Positions 27,684-36,268 of a stretch of 64,000 nt of DNA are shown piece by piece. Location of the stretch: positions 62,001 to 126,000 of the IMG/VR virus record IMGVR_UViG_3300027759_004177. One strand, given 5' to 3'. Below the pieces are notes generated by a model. That model ran no database searches. It worked only from the letters and a program-made list of their open reading frames with translations, and was not told where the DNA came from. Numbering within the stretch: the first letter of the stretch is position 1; each line of letters begins with the position of its first letter. A program made the translations under genes and the position numbers.

Positions 27684-28172
27684 CTAGCACTTAGTGAAGT
27701 CTTGATGTCGGAACCAACGTTTTTGACCGTGGGCCGTTTTTAAATTCAAACCATAATGGCCAAAGCGTTCACGCCACATAAAAAAGTCTGGACCGTGGGC
27801 TCCGCCTCTTTTTTCCATTTTACCGTTGTAGTGTTCCCAACGATGTATGTCCCATTGATACTGATGTACCATTTCATGTGCTAGGGTCTGTATGAACCAC
27901 TGTGGACAAAACCATTTATCTACAATATTAATACTACAATAGCTACCATTGTAATATTCCTCATCTTCCCATTGGCAAAAACCCCAGACTCCCTTGAGCT
28001 GACGTTGCACTATTTCGGGCTTGCGTAATTGATTATCAAAACAGTATCTGTTGATTATATTATATGCGTAGTTAATGTCTGCATATCCGGGGCGAAATAA
28101 CTTACGACGTTGGTAAGTGATGCTGGGAAGCTCAGCCTCCATAATTGCTCTGATGGGATTGGGTCTAGCCAT
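27684..28172 (-). CDS. SprT-like zinc metalloprotease
   Basis: TLAHEMVHQ...AHGPDF. Confidence 0.8.
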   Translation of the reverse strand: MARPNPIRAIMEAELPSITYQRRKLFRPGYADINYAYNIINRYCFDNQLRKPEIVQRQLKGVWGFCQWEDEEYYNGSYCSINIVDKWFCPQWFIQTLAHEMVHQYQWDIHRWEHYNGKMEKRGGAHGPDFFMWRERFGHYGLNLKTAHGQKRWFRHQDFTKC

Positions 28173-28248
28173 GAAAATGCCCTCGCTAAGGTATTTATAA
28201 CGTACCCCACGAGAGCATTAACTACCACTTTATTACATCATTAACGGC

Positions 28249-28965
28249 TTAGTTAATGGTAACTTGTCCCACCACAGCACCAGGTTTTTTGATAGCTTCT
28301 GCACGACGAGCTTTATACTCTTCGTTTTCTACCTGCAACAAGTTCAGTGTACCGGTGCTACCATCGGGCCGGACTACACTGATTTCTTGGCCTTTTGGCG
28401 TTGTTGCGGGCTCGGCTTTGGAATTACCAGTGATTTCGTCCAGTTCTTGAAAAGCTTCTTTGCTATTGCGAACCGCTTCTTTGGCTGTTTTCATGGTATT
28501 GGCTGAGCCAATCGGTAAAGCTACCAGCACATAGGTACGGATACGATTACCGTCGGCCACGTGTTTCATTTCCACAGTTTCTACACCGGTGATGTCAACG
28601 TCTGGGCAAATACTACGGATAGCCATTTCACTCATTTCTGTGGTAGTGGTACCATTGTCTTGTGTGAACACTTTGACCTGGCTACGAACCTTGCCTCCAG
28701 CGGCTGTGCAAATCTTGGCATAGGCAATGGCTTTGGCTTTCATATCTGCCATGGCAAAGTCACCCGACGTTGCAGTAGCACTTTCGTACACAGCATTGGC
28801 ACTCTTGGGCAATTTGGTCATCCACTCGGGTGCCTGGCTGATTGCATTGGATTGTTGACCCGGGGTTGGGCCTGTTGGATACAAGTCTGCACGAGTCTGG
28901 TGCTTGGTGGATCCACAGGCACTAAGCAAACCTGCTACTGCTACAACAATTAAAAGCTTCTTCAT
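28249..28965 (-). CDS. lipoprotein (LPP20-like)
   Basis: lipobox LSAC; APEW motif; TTGACA-17bp-TATAAT at 28998-29026. Confidence 0.7.
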   Translation of the reverse strand: MKKLLIVVAVAGLLSACGSTKHQTRADLYPTGPTPGQQSNAISQAPEWMTKLPKSANAVYESATATSGDFAMADMKAKAIAYAKICTAAGGKVRSQVKVFTQDNGTTTTEMSEMAIRSICPDVDITGVETVEMKHVADGNRIRTYVLVALPIGSANTMKTAKEAVRNSKEAFQELDEITGNSKAEPATTPKGQEISVVRPDGSTGTLNLLQVENEEYKARRAEAIKKPGAVVGQVTIN

Positions 28966-29012
28966 TTTATACCTTTCGGTTTGGTTACTATAACAACATT
29001 ATACAATTACGG

Positions 29013-29582
29013 TTAATATTTGTCAAGCACCAACCACTTTGAATTTGCAGTTGTGGTCGATTGGCACATGACACCTTGATAAATGATTAGATTTTGGTCC
29101 TGGCTGGTGCGTTCAATAAATTTACGACACCGGGCCTGTTTCCAAAAGAAATACGGCTGTTTTCTTTCTAAAGCATGGCTATGCAAGTCTGCTTCACTTT
29201 CCCAGATCAATTCGCCCTTGCGTACTGGACGCACACGAATGTCCGGTAAATCCGAACATACCATTTGGGTATCAGCACGTACACGATTGGGTTCAACTTC
29301 TTCTAAAATTGATCCACGGGTGAGTTGTAATGCCTGGGCACATGCTTCAGTTTCGGTTCTCCCGATTCCTGTGCCTTCTACCGTTTTCCATTCGTTGCCC
29401 ACGTGCAAGCGATATCTCAATACACATTTTTGGCCTTTGTCATCCGGTACCACCAGGCGTTGTATGTCTGTGGGTTCGGCATTTATGGGTTGTTTCCACA
29501 AGGTAATGTTTGATCTCATATAGCAATCTGCCACCGCGGTTGATGTGGCCACGCATAACGTCAGTGCTATTGCCAGTTTCAT
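29013..29582 (-). CDS. secreted hypothetical protein
   Basis: signal peptide MKLAIALTLCVATSTAVA. Confidence 0.7.
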   Translation of the reverse strand: MKLAIALTLCVATSTAVADCYMRSNITLWKQPINAEPTDIQRLVVPDDKGQKCVLRYRLHVGNEWKTVEGTGIGRTETEACAQALQLTRGSILEEVEPNRVRADTQMVCSDLPDIRVRPVRKGELIWESEADLHSHALERKQPYFFWKQARCRKFIERTSQDQNLIIYQGVMCQSTTTANSKWLVLDKY

Positions 29583-29878
29583 TTGTTGCCGAACCTGGTG
29601 GGGTTGGTACAACCAATACGCAAATTCCATATCAGTATGCGAGCTGTGGCATTATATACCCGATCCGGTTCATCTAGCGTGGTTGGATCCACGTTGAGCA
29701 GGCCCTTAAGGCGTAATTGTGTTTCGATAAATTTTATGTGGCGATCCAACTGCGGGCAGTCTGCATTGGTATATCGCAAGGCATCCAATTGGTCATAAGT
29801 GAGTGCTTGACCGGACCTGTGGTTTGTAGCACAACCAACCAACGATAGTGCAACCAACAGGACAGCCGTCAGTTTCAC
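29579..29878 (-). CDS. lipoprotein
   Basis: lipobox LVGC. Confidence 0.7.
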   Translation of the reverse strand: MKLTAVLLVALSLVGCATNHRSGQALTYDQLDALRYTNADCPQLDRHIKFIETQLRLKGLLNVDPTTLDEPDRVYNATARILIWNLRIGCTNPTRFGNK

Positions 29879-30108
29879 GCCCGTGCCTGTTTTATTAATC
29901 CGGCAATATGATGCTTTACAATCTTGTGTTTGATCAAATCAGTCACAGTCAAGTACGGCCATTCGATCACAAAAGGACATCCATTTTTCCAACGGCTGTT
30001 TAATAAAAAGTCCTGGTACACACGCAGGTCCTCGGCGCTGGCAGGGTCAAATGCTCGTTTGTGCCATACATGATGGCTGAGTTTAAAATTGTTTCGATCT
30101 AGTTTCAT
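29875..30108 (-). CDS. hypothetical protein
   Basis: TTGACC-17bp-TATAAT at 30115-30143 just upstream. Confidence 0.7.
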   Translation of the reverse strand: MKLDRNNFKLSHHVWHKRAFDPASAEDLRVYQDFLLNSRWKNGCPFVIEWPYLTVTDLIKHKIVKHHIAGLIKQARA

Positions 30109-30132
30109 AATAGTATTATATGACAGTTTGAA

Positions 30133-30291
30133 TTATTGGTCAACTGGATCCGAATCATATTCTTGATTGGCCATGGCCAGCACCTGTTCCATGGTCACAT
30201 AGTCTTTGAAGTAGATATAAGTTTCTTCTACTGAACGGCCTCGGGCCAACCATTCAATGATTTCGATATGGATATCTTTGAAAAATCCCAT
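30133..30291 (-). CDS. 52-aa hypothetical protein
   Basis: MGFFKDIHIEIIE...; stop/start overlap with upstream gene. Confidence 0.6.
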   Translation of the reverse strand: MGFFKDIHIEIIEWLARGRSVEETYIYFKDYVTMEQVLAMANQEYDSDPVDQ

Positions 30292-30596
30292 TATAGCTTC
30301 TCCCCATAAGATTCAGAATCGGCATCAGCAGACTGTTCGGCCTGCTCCAACACATCAAAATCTGACTCTTCCACTACCCAACCCTGACGGCGCAATTCGG
30401 CACGACCAGATGGGGTCTCTTTCATTTTGTCTAAGGTGTTGTGGATAGCATTGATAGCAGCCTCTAACCACTCACGGCTACGCCATTGCTCAGGAGTGGC
30501 ATAACGTGGACGAAAACCAAAAAAATCCTTGTGGAAATCGCTAAAATAACTCTGCAATTCTTCTACATCGTACTGGGCTAAATGGTTCTGTGTCAT
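30291..30596 (-). CDS. conserved phage hypothetical protein
   Basis: SDFHKDFFGFRPR motif; AAGGAG SD. Confidence 0.75.
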   Translation of the reverse strand: MTQNHLAQYDVEELQSYFSDFHKDFFGFRPRYATPEQWRSREWLEAAINAIHNTLDKMKETPSGRAELRRQGWVVEESDFDVLEQAEQSADADSESYGEKL

Positions 30597-30624
30597 ATCT
30601 GCTCCTTATTAACTTAATATAACT

Positions 30625-30653
30625 ATTATACTATTTTGGGAATTTTGGGTCAA
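30625..30653 (-). promoter_or_regulatory. early sigma70 promoter
   Basis: TTGACC-17bp-TATAAT. Confidence 0.85.
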
Positions 30654-30671
30654 CCGGGCAGGTTAGTGCCC
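30640..30671. repeat. 32-bp dispersed repeat, copy 2
   Basis: identical to 7835..7866. Confidence 0.9.
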
Positions 30672-30677
30672 GCTAAC

Positions 30678-30950
30678 TTACATGCTCCAGTATGATTCTG
30701 AAGCAGGACTGCAATAATGCGGAGTATCATACCGCTCAGTGAACTCTTTGCCACCCATGAGGTTTTTCTTGGTCACAAAGGTTTCGTGAACTTCTGCAAT
30801 AAAGCCGCGAGCTTTAAATCCTCCAACCACGCTGTTGATATAATCTTGGGTTACTGGATCAAAGTCACGTTTTTCAACCAATCTGCGACCCGCTTTGATA
30901 CGACGATCAGCTTTGTAAATTTCTACTGTGTATGCTGTAAGTTTGCTCAT
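30678..30950 (-). CDS. conserved phage hypothetical protein
   Basis: NLMGG.EF.E..DTP.YCSPASESYWSM C-terminus; AAGGAG SD. Confidence 0.75.
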   Translation of the reverse strand: MSKLTAYTVEIYKADRRIKAGRRLVEKRDFDPVTQDYINSVVGGFKARGFIAEVHETFVTKKNLMGGKEFTERYDTPHYCSPASESYWSM

Positions 30951-30981
30951 TTTTCGCTCCTTGTTTATCACTATAACTACT

Positions 30982-31010
30982 ATTATAGATTAAATGGATT
31001 TTTGGGTCTA
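30982..31010 (-). promoter_or_regulatory. early sigma70 promoter
   Basis: TAGACC-17bp-TATAAT. Confidence 0.7.
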
Positions 31011-31057
31011 CCAAAATTTGAGCCGTAAAAAAACCCCATTTTTCAGGGGTTTTAGGG

Positions 31058-31075
31058 TGTTGTATTTCTACAACA
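31058..31075. promoter_or_regulatory. palindromic site TGTTG-N8-CAACA
   Basis: third copy. Confidence 0.55.
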
Positions 31076-31077
31076 GA

Positions 31078-31308
31078 TCACTTGGTGGCTGTAAACTTTT
31101 CAAAAGCCTTGGTAAAATCAACAGATTTTGTGCTTTCTACTACTTGTTTTGCCAACTCTAAATTGGTGTCGTAAACAGTTTTGGTAAAACCGGCATAAGA
31201 ATCCACTAGAGTTTCTAGGTTTGCACGGATTGCCTTGTCTTCAACAAATGTCAAAGGTTGCTTGCTTGCTGTTGCTACTTGGTCTACTACTGATTTGAAA
31301 TTAAACAT
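31078..31308 (-). CDS. phasin-like amphipathic helical protein
   Basis: short amphipathic helical sequence; PhaR-box-like site upstream. Confidence 0.5.
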   Translation of the reverse strand: MFNFKSVVDQVATASKQPLTFVEDKAIRANLETLVDSYAGFTKTVYDTNLELAKQVVESTKSVDFTKAFEKFTATK

Positions 31309-31372
31309 TTTATTTTCCTTTTAAGCGAAATGTTATGAACAAGACCCAAACCATTCGGCATCTTGTGTACCA
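31309..31372 (-). promoter_or_regulatory. ROSE-like RNA thermometer candidate
   Basis: AGAUGCC..GGGUCU hairpin plus UUCGCUUAAAAGGA masking the SD; same layout as the hsp20 leader. Confidence 0.45.
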
Positions 31373-31393
31373 CTACTTTATTTAGCAATTATA

Positions 31394-31409
31394 TATTGCA
31401 ACGCAACAA
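31394..31409. promoter_or_regulatory. PhaR-box-like site
   Basis: TGCAACGCA fits TGCRNYGCA on both strands. Confidence 0.5.
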
Positions 31410-31491
31410 AATGCAACCTTTTTGGGCAAAAATATTAATATCATAAAACACCTACTAAATAATACTATCCATCAATTAAGGAGATCTAAAA

Positions 31492-31734
31492 ATGGAATTA
31501 GTCATCATTCTAGTAGGAGTAGTAATAGTTGCATATTTTGGTTATCAAGCATTTGCTAAAAAAGCCGATTCCAACAAAGACGGACATGTTAGCCAAGCTG
31601 AAGCAAAGGCTGTGGTTGAAGAAGCCAAAGTTGAAGTTAAAAAGGTTGCAACCAAGGCCAAAGCCGCAGCTAAAACCACAGCAACCCGAGCCAAGACTGC
31701 CGTTAAAAAAGCAACCACAACTGCTAAAAAATAA
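31492..31734 (+). CDS. membrane-anchored protein with EF-hand-like loop and Ala/Lys-rich tail
   Basis: N-terminal TM; DSNKDGHVSQAE; KAKAAAKTTATRAK. Confidence 0.75.
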   Translation: MELVIILVGVVIVAYFGYQAFAKKADSNKDGHVSQAEAKAVVEEAKVEVKKVATKAKAAAKTTATRAKTAVKKATTTAKK

Positions 31735-32847
31735 TTGGTAACAAATCAGGATGTTGGGATTTATTTCCCAGAGCGTTCCAATCCTATTTTTAGGTTTCAT
31801 TTTAAAGAACTAGGCGGCCGCCCTGCCGATGACTGGAGTTATTACAACGATGTAGATCGTTTTGTTAATTCTGATCACAGCCGGCGAGTCGCTTGTTTTC
31901 AAGTACCGTACCCCTACGGTGATCCAAATTTTCCAAAAAACAATCAAATTGATCAAGAGATAGCCGACATCTACGAACACGTAGACATTATAATTCTTCT
32001 CTGCAGTGAGTTACACGCATCCACAGTGGAATTTGTACGGCGTCATGACCTGCCCAAGATGCGTTGGTTCCTTTGTGGAAGATTAACTCCTCCTTTAAAC
32101 AATGGCCGAACATACACATTCTTGGATTGGTTTACGACTACCATACATTTTTATAAAAATGTGCGTCCCACAACTCTATACCAATTGAATCCCTACGCAC
32201 CTAAACCGTTAATGTTTGATGCTTTACTTGGACGTAGGAAACGTCATCGCAGTCGTGCATACGATTTTATACACGAACAGGGACTGGCAGATAAGGGTAT
32301 AGTAACTTATATAAACACTTTTGATATTGATTTTCAAACTGCAACTGATAGTCAATGGTTATGGGAAGAAGAAGGTTTAACTGAACGTGAAAATGTACAA
32401 TGGACAGTAGAGCCTGTCAAGTATTACGGACACACTATGAGCCTAAGTCAAGTCATGCCGCTGAATATCTATAATCAAACAGCCTACAGTCTTGTGTGTG
32501 AAACCAACTGCGATAATGACTGTGTGTTCTTTACAGAAAAAATAGTTAAACCAATCCTGGCACGTAGATTATTTGTTATGGTTGCTAATAGATACAGTCT
32601 GGCCATGTTACGTGACTTGGGATTTCGAACATTCAACAGCATAATTGACGAAAGCTATGACGAAATAGAACACTACCCTATACGTCAGTATGCTGCATTA
32701 GAGCAACTAAAATGGCTGTGTAAACAACCACAAGAACGGATCTTGGCCGAATGCAGAGATATTGTAGATCATAATTACAATGTGATGATGGGTCGCGACT
32801 GGTATCGGGAATTTAGTGGCACATTAGGCCACGTGTTGTTTGATTAA
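31735..32847 (+). CDS. glycosyltransferase-like protein (ET...TEKxxKP family)
   Basis: VCET...FTEKIVKPI...LRDLGFRTF..IIDESYD shared with 37492 and 57867. Confidence 0.6.
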   Translation: MVTNQDVGIYFPERSNPIFRFHFKELGGRPADDWSYYNDVDRFVNSDHSRRVACFQVPYPYGDPNFPKNNQIDQEIADIYEHVDIIILLCSELHASTVEFVRRHDLPKMRWFLCGRLTPPLNNGRTYTFLDWFTTTIHFYKNVRPTTLYQLNPYAPKPLMFDALLGRRKRHRSRAYDFIHEQGLADKGIVTYINTFDIDFQTATDSQWLWEEEGLTERENVQWTVEPVKYYGHTMSLSQVMPLNIYNQTAYSLVCETNCDNDCVFFTEKIVKPILARRLFVMVANRYSLAMLRDLGFRTFNSIIDESYDEIEHYPIRQYAALEQLKWLCKQPQERILAECRDIVDHNYNVMMGRDWYREFSGTLGHVLFD

Positions 32848-34109
32848 TCAATAAAACCAAAGTTGGCCCAACGGGCACCACCCAAACTTACCCAACCCAA
32901 TGGCCCACCAATTGTGGGACTTGAATTAAACACAACAGCACCGTGTGGTGCATCATAGTTTGGAGGTATACTGGCACTGGACAATGTTGTGGTTCCAATG
33001 GTAATTTTATCTACAACCACTCCGCCCTCGGGCATTAATACCAAATTGTTTTTACCATTGGTGCCGATAACTAATCGTTGGTTACGAGGTGTTTCAAACA
33101 CAGCCACATTGGTTTCACGTTTGCTAAATCCAAATTCAATTTCTTGATCCCATATACTCAAAGCATGTGCTGGCTCAATGGTGTTAATTCCCACACGCTT
33201 GTTGGTGGTATACAGGGTTTGACTTAACAAACTTTCGCCACCAACACGTAGTTCTGCCAAAGTACCCACACGTTGTAGATTACTAAATGTGATATTGTTA
33301 CTTAGGTTTCCGCCACTGACAACTTCAGTACCGTTTAAAGTAATTTTGTTAAGGTCCAGGCCGTTTTCACGAATCTGTTTAAATACCAAGTCTGAAAATC
33401 CGCTGAACACATCGTGGTTTAATCCGCCTTTGACTTCTAGAGCTACCGAATCTACTAGACTAACAAACATGGCAGAATCCCGTGGTACTGTGCCAGTTAC
33501 AACTAAATCGCCTTCGATTGTGGCTGAACCTTTGACTGTGAGGTCTCTAGTTAATAAATTATTTTCTACCACTGTGGTTTCGTCAAAGATGCTCAGTTGA
33601 CAAGCTGTGGCCTTGTCATCGATGCCGGTACTACCAAAATTTTTAACTATACCGCCTGTGATATTTTCGCCGGATAATCGTAAGGTGCTGACATCAACTG
33701 CAACACCTGGTACACTGGCTTCAGGAAAAGAAAACCTGTTGGATTGTATAGCAGATATCAGTGCAGATTGGCAAAGCTCTTGAAAGTTAATGGCATTGAC
33801 TTGCTGTTGAATTGTGTCGTTGGCTATTTGTATAGATTTACTTTGAACTTGGGTAGCTAAATCTGTAACCAAATCATTGACTCTATTGGTCAACTCTGAT
33901 TCAATTGTTTTAGAATCAATTGGTAACTTTGCTAACCGCTCATCAATTTTTTGTCCGAGTCGTTCGCCAAGCATGGTGCCGGTGTCAATAGCCGCAAGCA
34001 CTTCAGAAATTTTAGCCTCAACAGCCGCCGCAGCTTGTTGTTGGACTTTTGTTGTTATTTCTGCTACTAGGTTTTGTACTATTTGATTTACGTGTTGGTC
34101 AATATCCAT
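32844..34109 (-). CDS. probable virion protein (coiled coil plus beta-rich C-terminus)
   Basis: LQRVGTL.EL.V, RVGINT..P fibre-type motifs. Confidence 0.55.
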   Translation of the reverse strand: MDIDQHVNQIVQNLVAEITTKVQQQAAAAVEAKISEVLAAIDTGTMLGERLGQKIDERLAKLPIDSKTIESELTNRVNDLVTDLATQVQSKSIQIANDTIQQQVNAINFQELCQSALISAIQSNRFSFPEASVPGVAVDVSTLRLSGENITGGIVKNFGSTGIDDKATACQLSIFDETTVVENNLLTRDLTVKGSATIEGDLVVTGTVPRDSAMFVSLVDSVALEVKGGLNHDVFSGFSDLVFKQIRENGLDLNKITLNGTEVVSGGNLSNNITFSNLQRVGTLAELRVGGESLLSQTLYTTNKRVGINTIEPAHALSIWDQEIEFGFSKRETNVAVFETPRNQRLVIGTNGKNNLVLMPEGGVVVDKITIGTTTLSSASIPPNYDAPHGAVVFNSSPTIGGPLGWVSLGGARWANFGFID

Positions 34110-34111
34110 TT

Positions 34112-34840
34112 TTACTCGAATTGTATGCTAACTACATGCTCGTAGTTCTTTTTGATTAGACTCTTGTACATCAGGTTTTTATGCACGAGGAAATTCACGG
34201 CTCCAGCGTCCATACTAAACTTTGCTAACTGTTTAAAAAACATAGTACGACGATCAAACGTGCCGTATGTCTTTAAACTGCTTCCTTCAATTTCGTAAAT
34301 CATGGTATCCCATAGTGTACGATCTTTTAAATCCCAGTCGTGATTTTCTAAAAAAATTCTAGTGTCTTTGCCATTTCTAACTGACACTGGCTGACTAAAT
34401 TCACGATCTTTGTAATCCTGATTTTTATAATCACGTATAGTACTTACCACAAATGCTGTGGCCAAATTACAAATTTTAGCTATTTTGTCTTGCTGTGCTT
34501 GATCGCTATCAGCAAAGGTAAAATACTCGTCCATTGCTACCACACATTGAAATTGCTTTTGATGCTTTGGTAAATCCACAGGATTGATATAGGTAAACTT
34601 TACATTCTTGGATTTAACAAATGCCTGTGCAGAGTCGCTGATTTCTGTCACTGCAATAGTCTTGGCTTGACAACTTAGTATTGCTGGATTGAATCCAACA
34701 AATAAAATCGTGGTTGGCTCAAGATTTTCGGTGCGATAAACACCGTCAAGGATTTCCTGCTTGCGAGCAACCACATCGTCAAAGCGGGGATTAAAAGTCA
34801 AAGCGGATAGGACCGCATCTGTATAGTCTGCAAAAGTCAT
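34112..34840 (-). CDS. hypothetical protein, possible methyltransferase-like fold
   Basis: ILFVG...TEIS...FQCVVAM; weak. Confidence 0.5.
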   Translation of the reverse strand: MTFADYTDAVLSALTFNPRFDDVVARKQEILDGVYRTENLEPTTILFVGFNPAILSCQAKTIAVTEISDSAQAFVKSKNVKFTYINPVDLPKHQKQFQCVVAMDEYFTFADSDQAQQDKIAKICNLATAFVVSTIRDYKNQDYKDREFSQPVSVRNGKDTRIFLENHDWDLKDRTLWDTMIYEIEGSSLKTYGTFDRRTMFFKQLAKFSMDAGAVNFLVHKNLMYKSLIKKNYEHVVSIQFE

Positions 34841-34844
34841 ACTA

Positions 34845-35765
34845 CTATTTATTGCTGGAACGCAATAAATCTAGTGTCACACAATGAAATCCACCACCCA
34901 AAGTGCGACTATGACGCAATTCTAAGGGTATAACTGTGAATCGATAACTTTCTAGGGTCTTTATCAGTTCAACTTGATGTCGATCTACTATGACTGTCGT
35001 GGGATCAATGACTAGCATATTCATCGCGATCCATTTGCTGGCATAAGGATACTCATAGAATCCTTGTGCTACTACATCGTGTACCCAAATTTTTTCCCAA
35101 CTTTGCAAACATTTGGGAACTGTTGCGTCTGACACACGACTGGCATTTAACATAACAAGTCCTTCACGTAAGGGAACAATAGTACTGTCAATGTGTACGC
35201 CCGAGTAAAAGTTAACAAGTTCTATAGTGACATCTGGAAATTGATCACACAACCATTCGTATGCTTTCTTATTTCCGCTGTCACTTTCAAGATATAGCCA
35301 AGTATCATTTAGTCTACAAACATTGGCAGCATCAAACACCATGCCCGCATCTCTGGGCATTACTCTGATGTCGTGTGATTTATGTGTTACTTCGTCTAAT
35401 GTAATGATTTCTTGATCTCTGCACGGATACATCATTGCAGGATCTACAATGGTATTACCGTAGATTAACAATCTATCTCTAGGACAATAGTTGTACATAC
35501 CGCCAGTGACCGGATAGTTACGTGGAGCAGGGCGTATTACATGTATGCCAAGATTGTATAAGGTGCAGGCCAATTCGTTTAAATCTTCATTGGCCTCATT
35601 GACAATATGATCTGGCACTGGCCCGCTGGGAACTGGTGTTTCTTTCCAGGTTGTTTTTTCCGACTCGCGAGCAAATACAGGATCCGTACTGGGCCAGTTT
35701 GCGTATTTTGCACTACCTACTACCACTGAACGTAATGGATCCCATTCATTGTAGCTGGATATCAT
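34845..35765 (-). CDS. amidinotransferase (glycine/inosamine-phosphate type)
   Basis: NEWDPL, CPRD, FDAAN, HIDST, SKWIAMN, LGGGFHCVT. Confidence 0.9.
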   Translation of the reverse strand: MISSYNEWDPLRSVVVGSAKYANWPSTDPVFARESEKTTWKETPVPSGPVPDHIVNEANEDLNELACTLYNLGIHVIRPAPRNYPVTGGMYNYCPRDRLLIYGNTIVDPAMMYPCRDQEIITLDEVTHKSHDIRVMPRDAGMVFDAANVCRLNDTWLYLESDSGNKKAYEWLCDQFPDVTIELVNFYSGVHIDSTIVPLREGLVMLNASRVSDATVPKCLQSWEKIWVHDVVAQGFYEYPYASKWIAMNMLVIDPTTVIVDRHQVELIKTLESYRFTVIPLELRHSRTLGGGFHCVTLDLLRSSNK

Positions 35766-36268
35766 TTATGCCCTGTTATTTGTAAAGTGTATCTTGGTGT
35801 TGGACCAATATTAGCAGCCATGTGTGGTACGTCGTAACACCATTCGGCCACAAAACCTGCTCGCCAGCCAGTGATTGGACTACCGGGTCCTTCAAAATAA
35901 TGTCCACTGGCCCAGTCTTCCATAAACACAATAGCTCTATGAATAGTATGTTCCTTGCCTTCTAAGTTAAAAACACTTACATATTTTTTATAATGATCTT
36001 GGTGTGTGGGCATTACTGTGCCACAATCCATGCGATAGTAGGCTGTACCAATATTTTTCCAGCCCATGCTTTCATACAGTTCAATAAACTTGTGATTCCA
36101 CGAAGGTTGGGGTTGACGCATATCGCATAGATGTCCAGCGATCCTGGACTCATATCCCATTGCCTGCCACCGAGTCACGCTGTCTGCATCGTTATACGGT
36201 TCATCAATATAATTCAGATGCTTGTATTCATCGTCCCAAAACTTGTCTATGTGATATGTTATTATCAT
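35762..36268 (-). CDS. putative Fe/2OG-oxygenase-like protein
   Basis: PTHQD...EDWASGH...PHMAAN.G..PR. Confidence 0.6.
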   Translation of the reverse strand: MIITYHIDKFWDDEYKHLNYIDEPYNDADSVTRWQAMGYESRIAGHLCDMRQPQPSWNHKFIELYESMGWKNIGTAYYRMDCGTVMPTHQDHYKKYVSVFNLEGKEHTIHRAIVFMEDWASGHYFEGPGSPITGWRAGFVAEWCYDVPHMAANIGPTPRYTLQITGHK

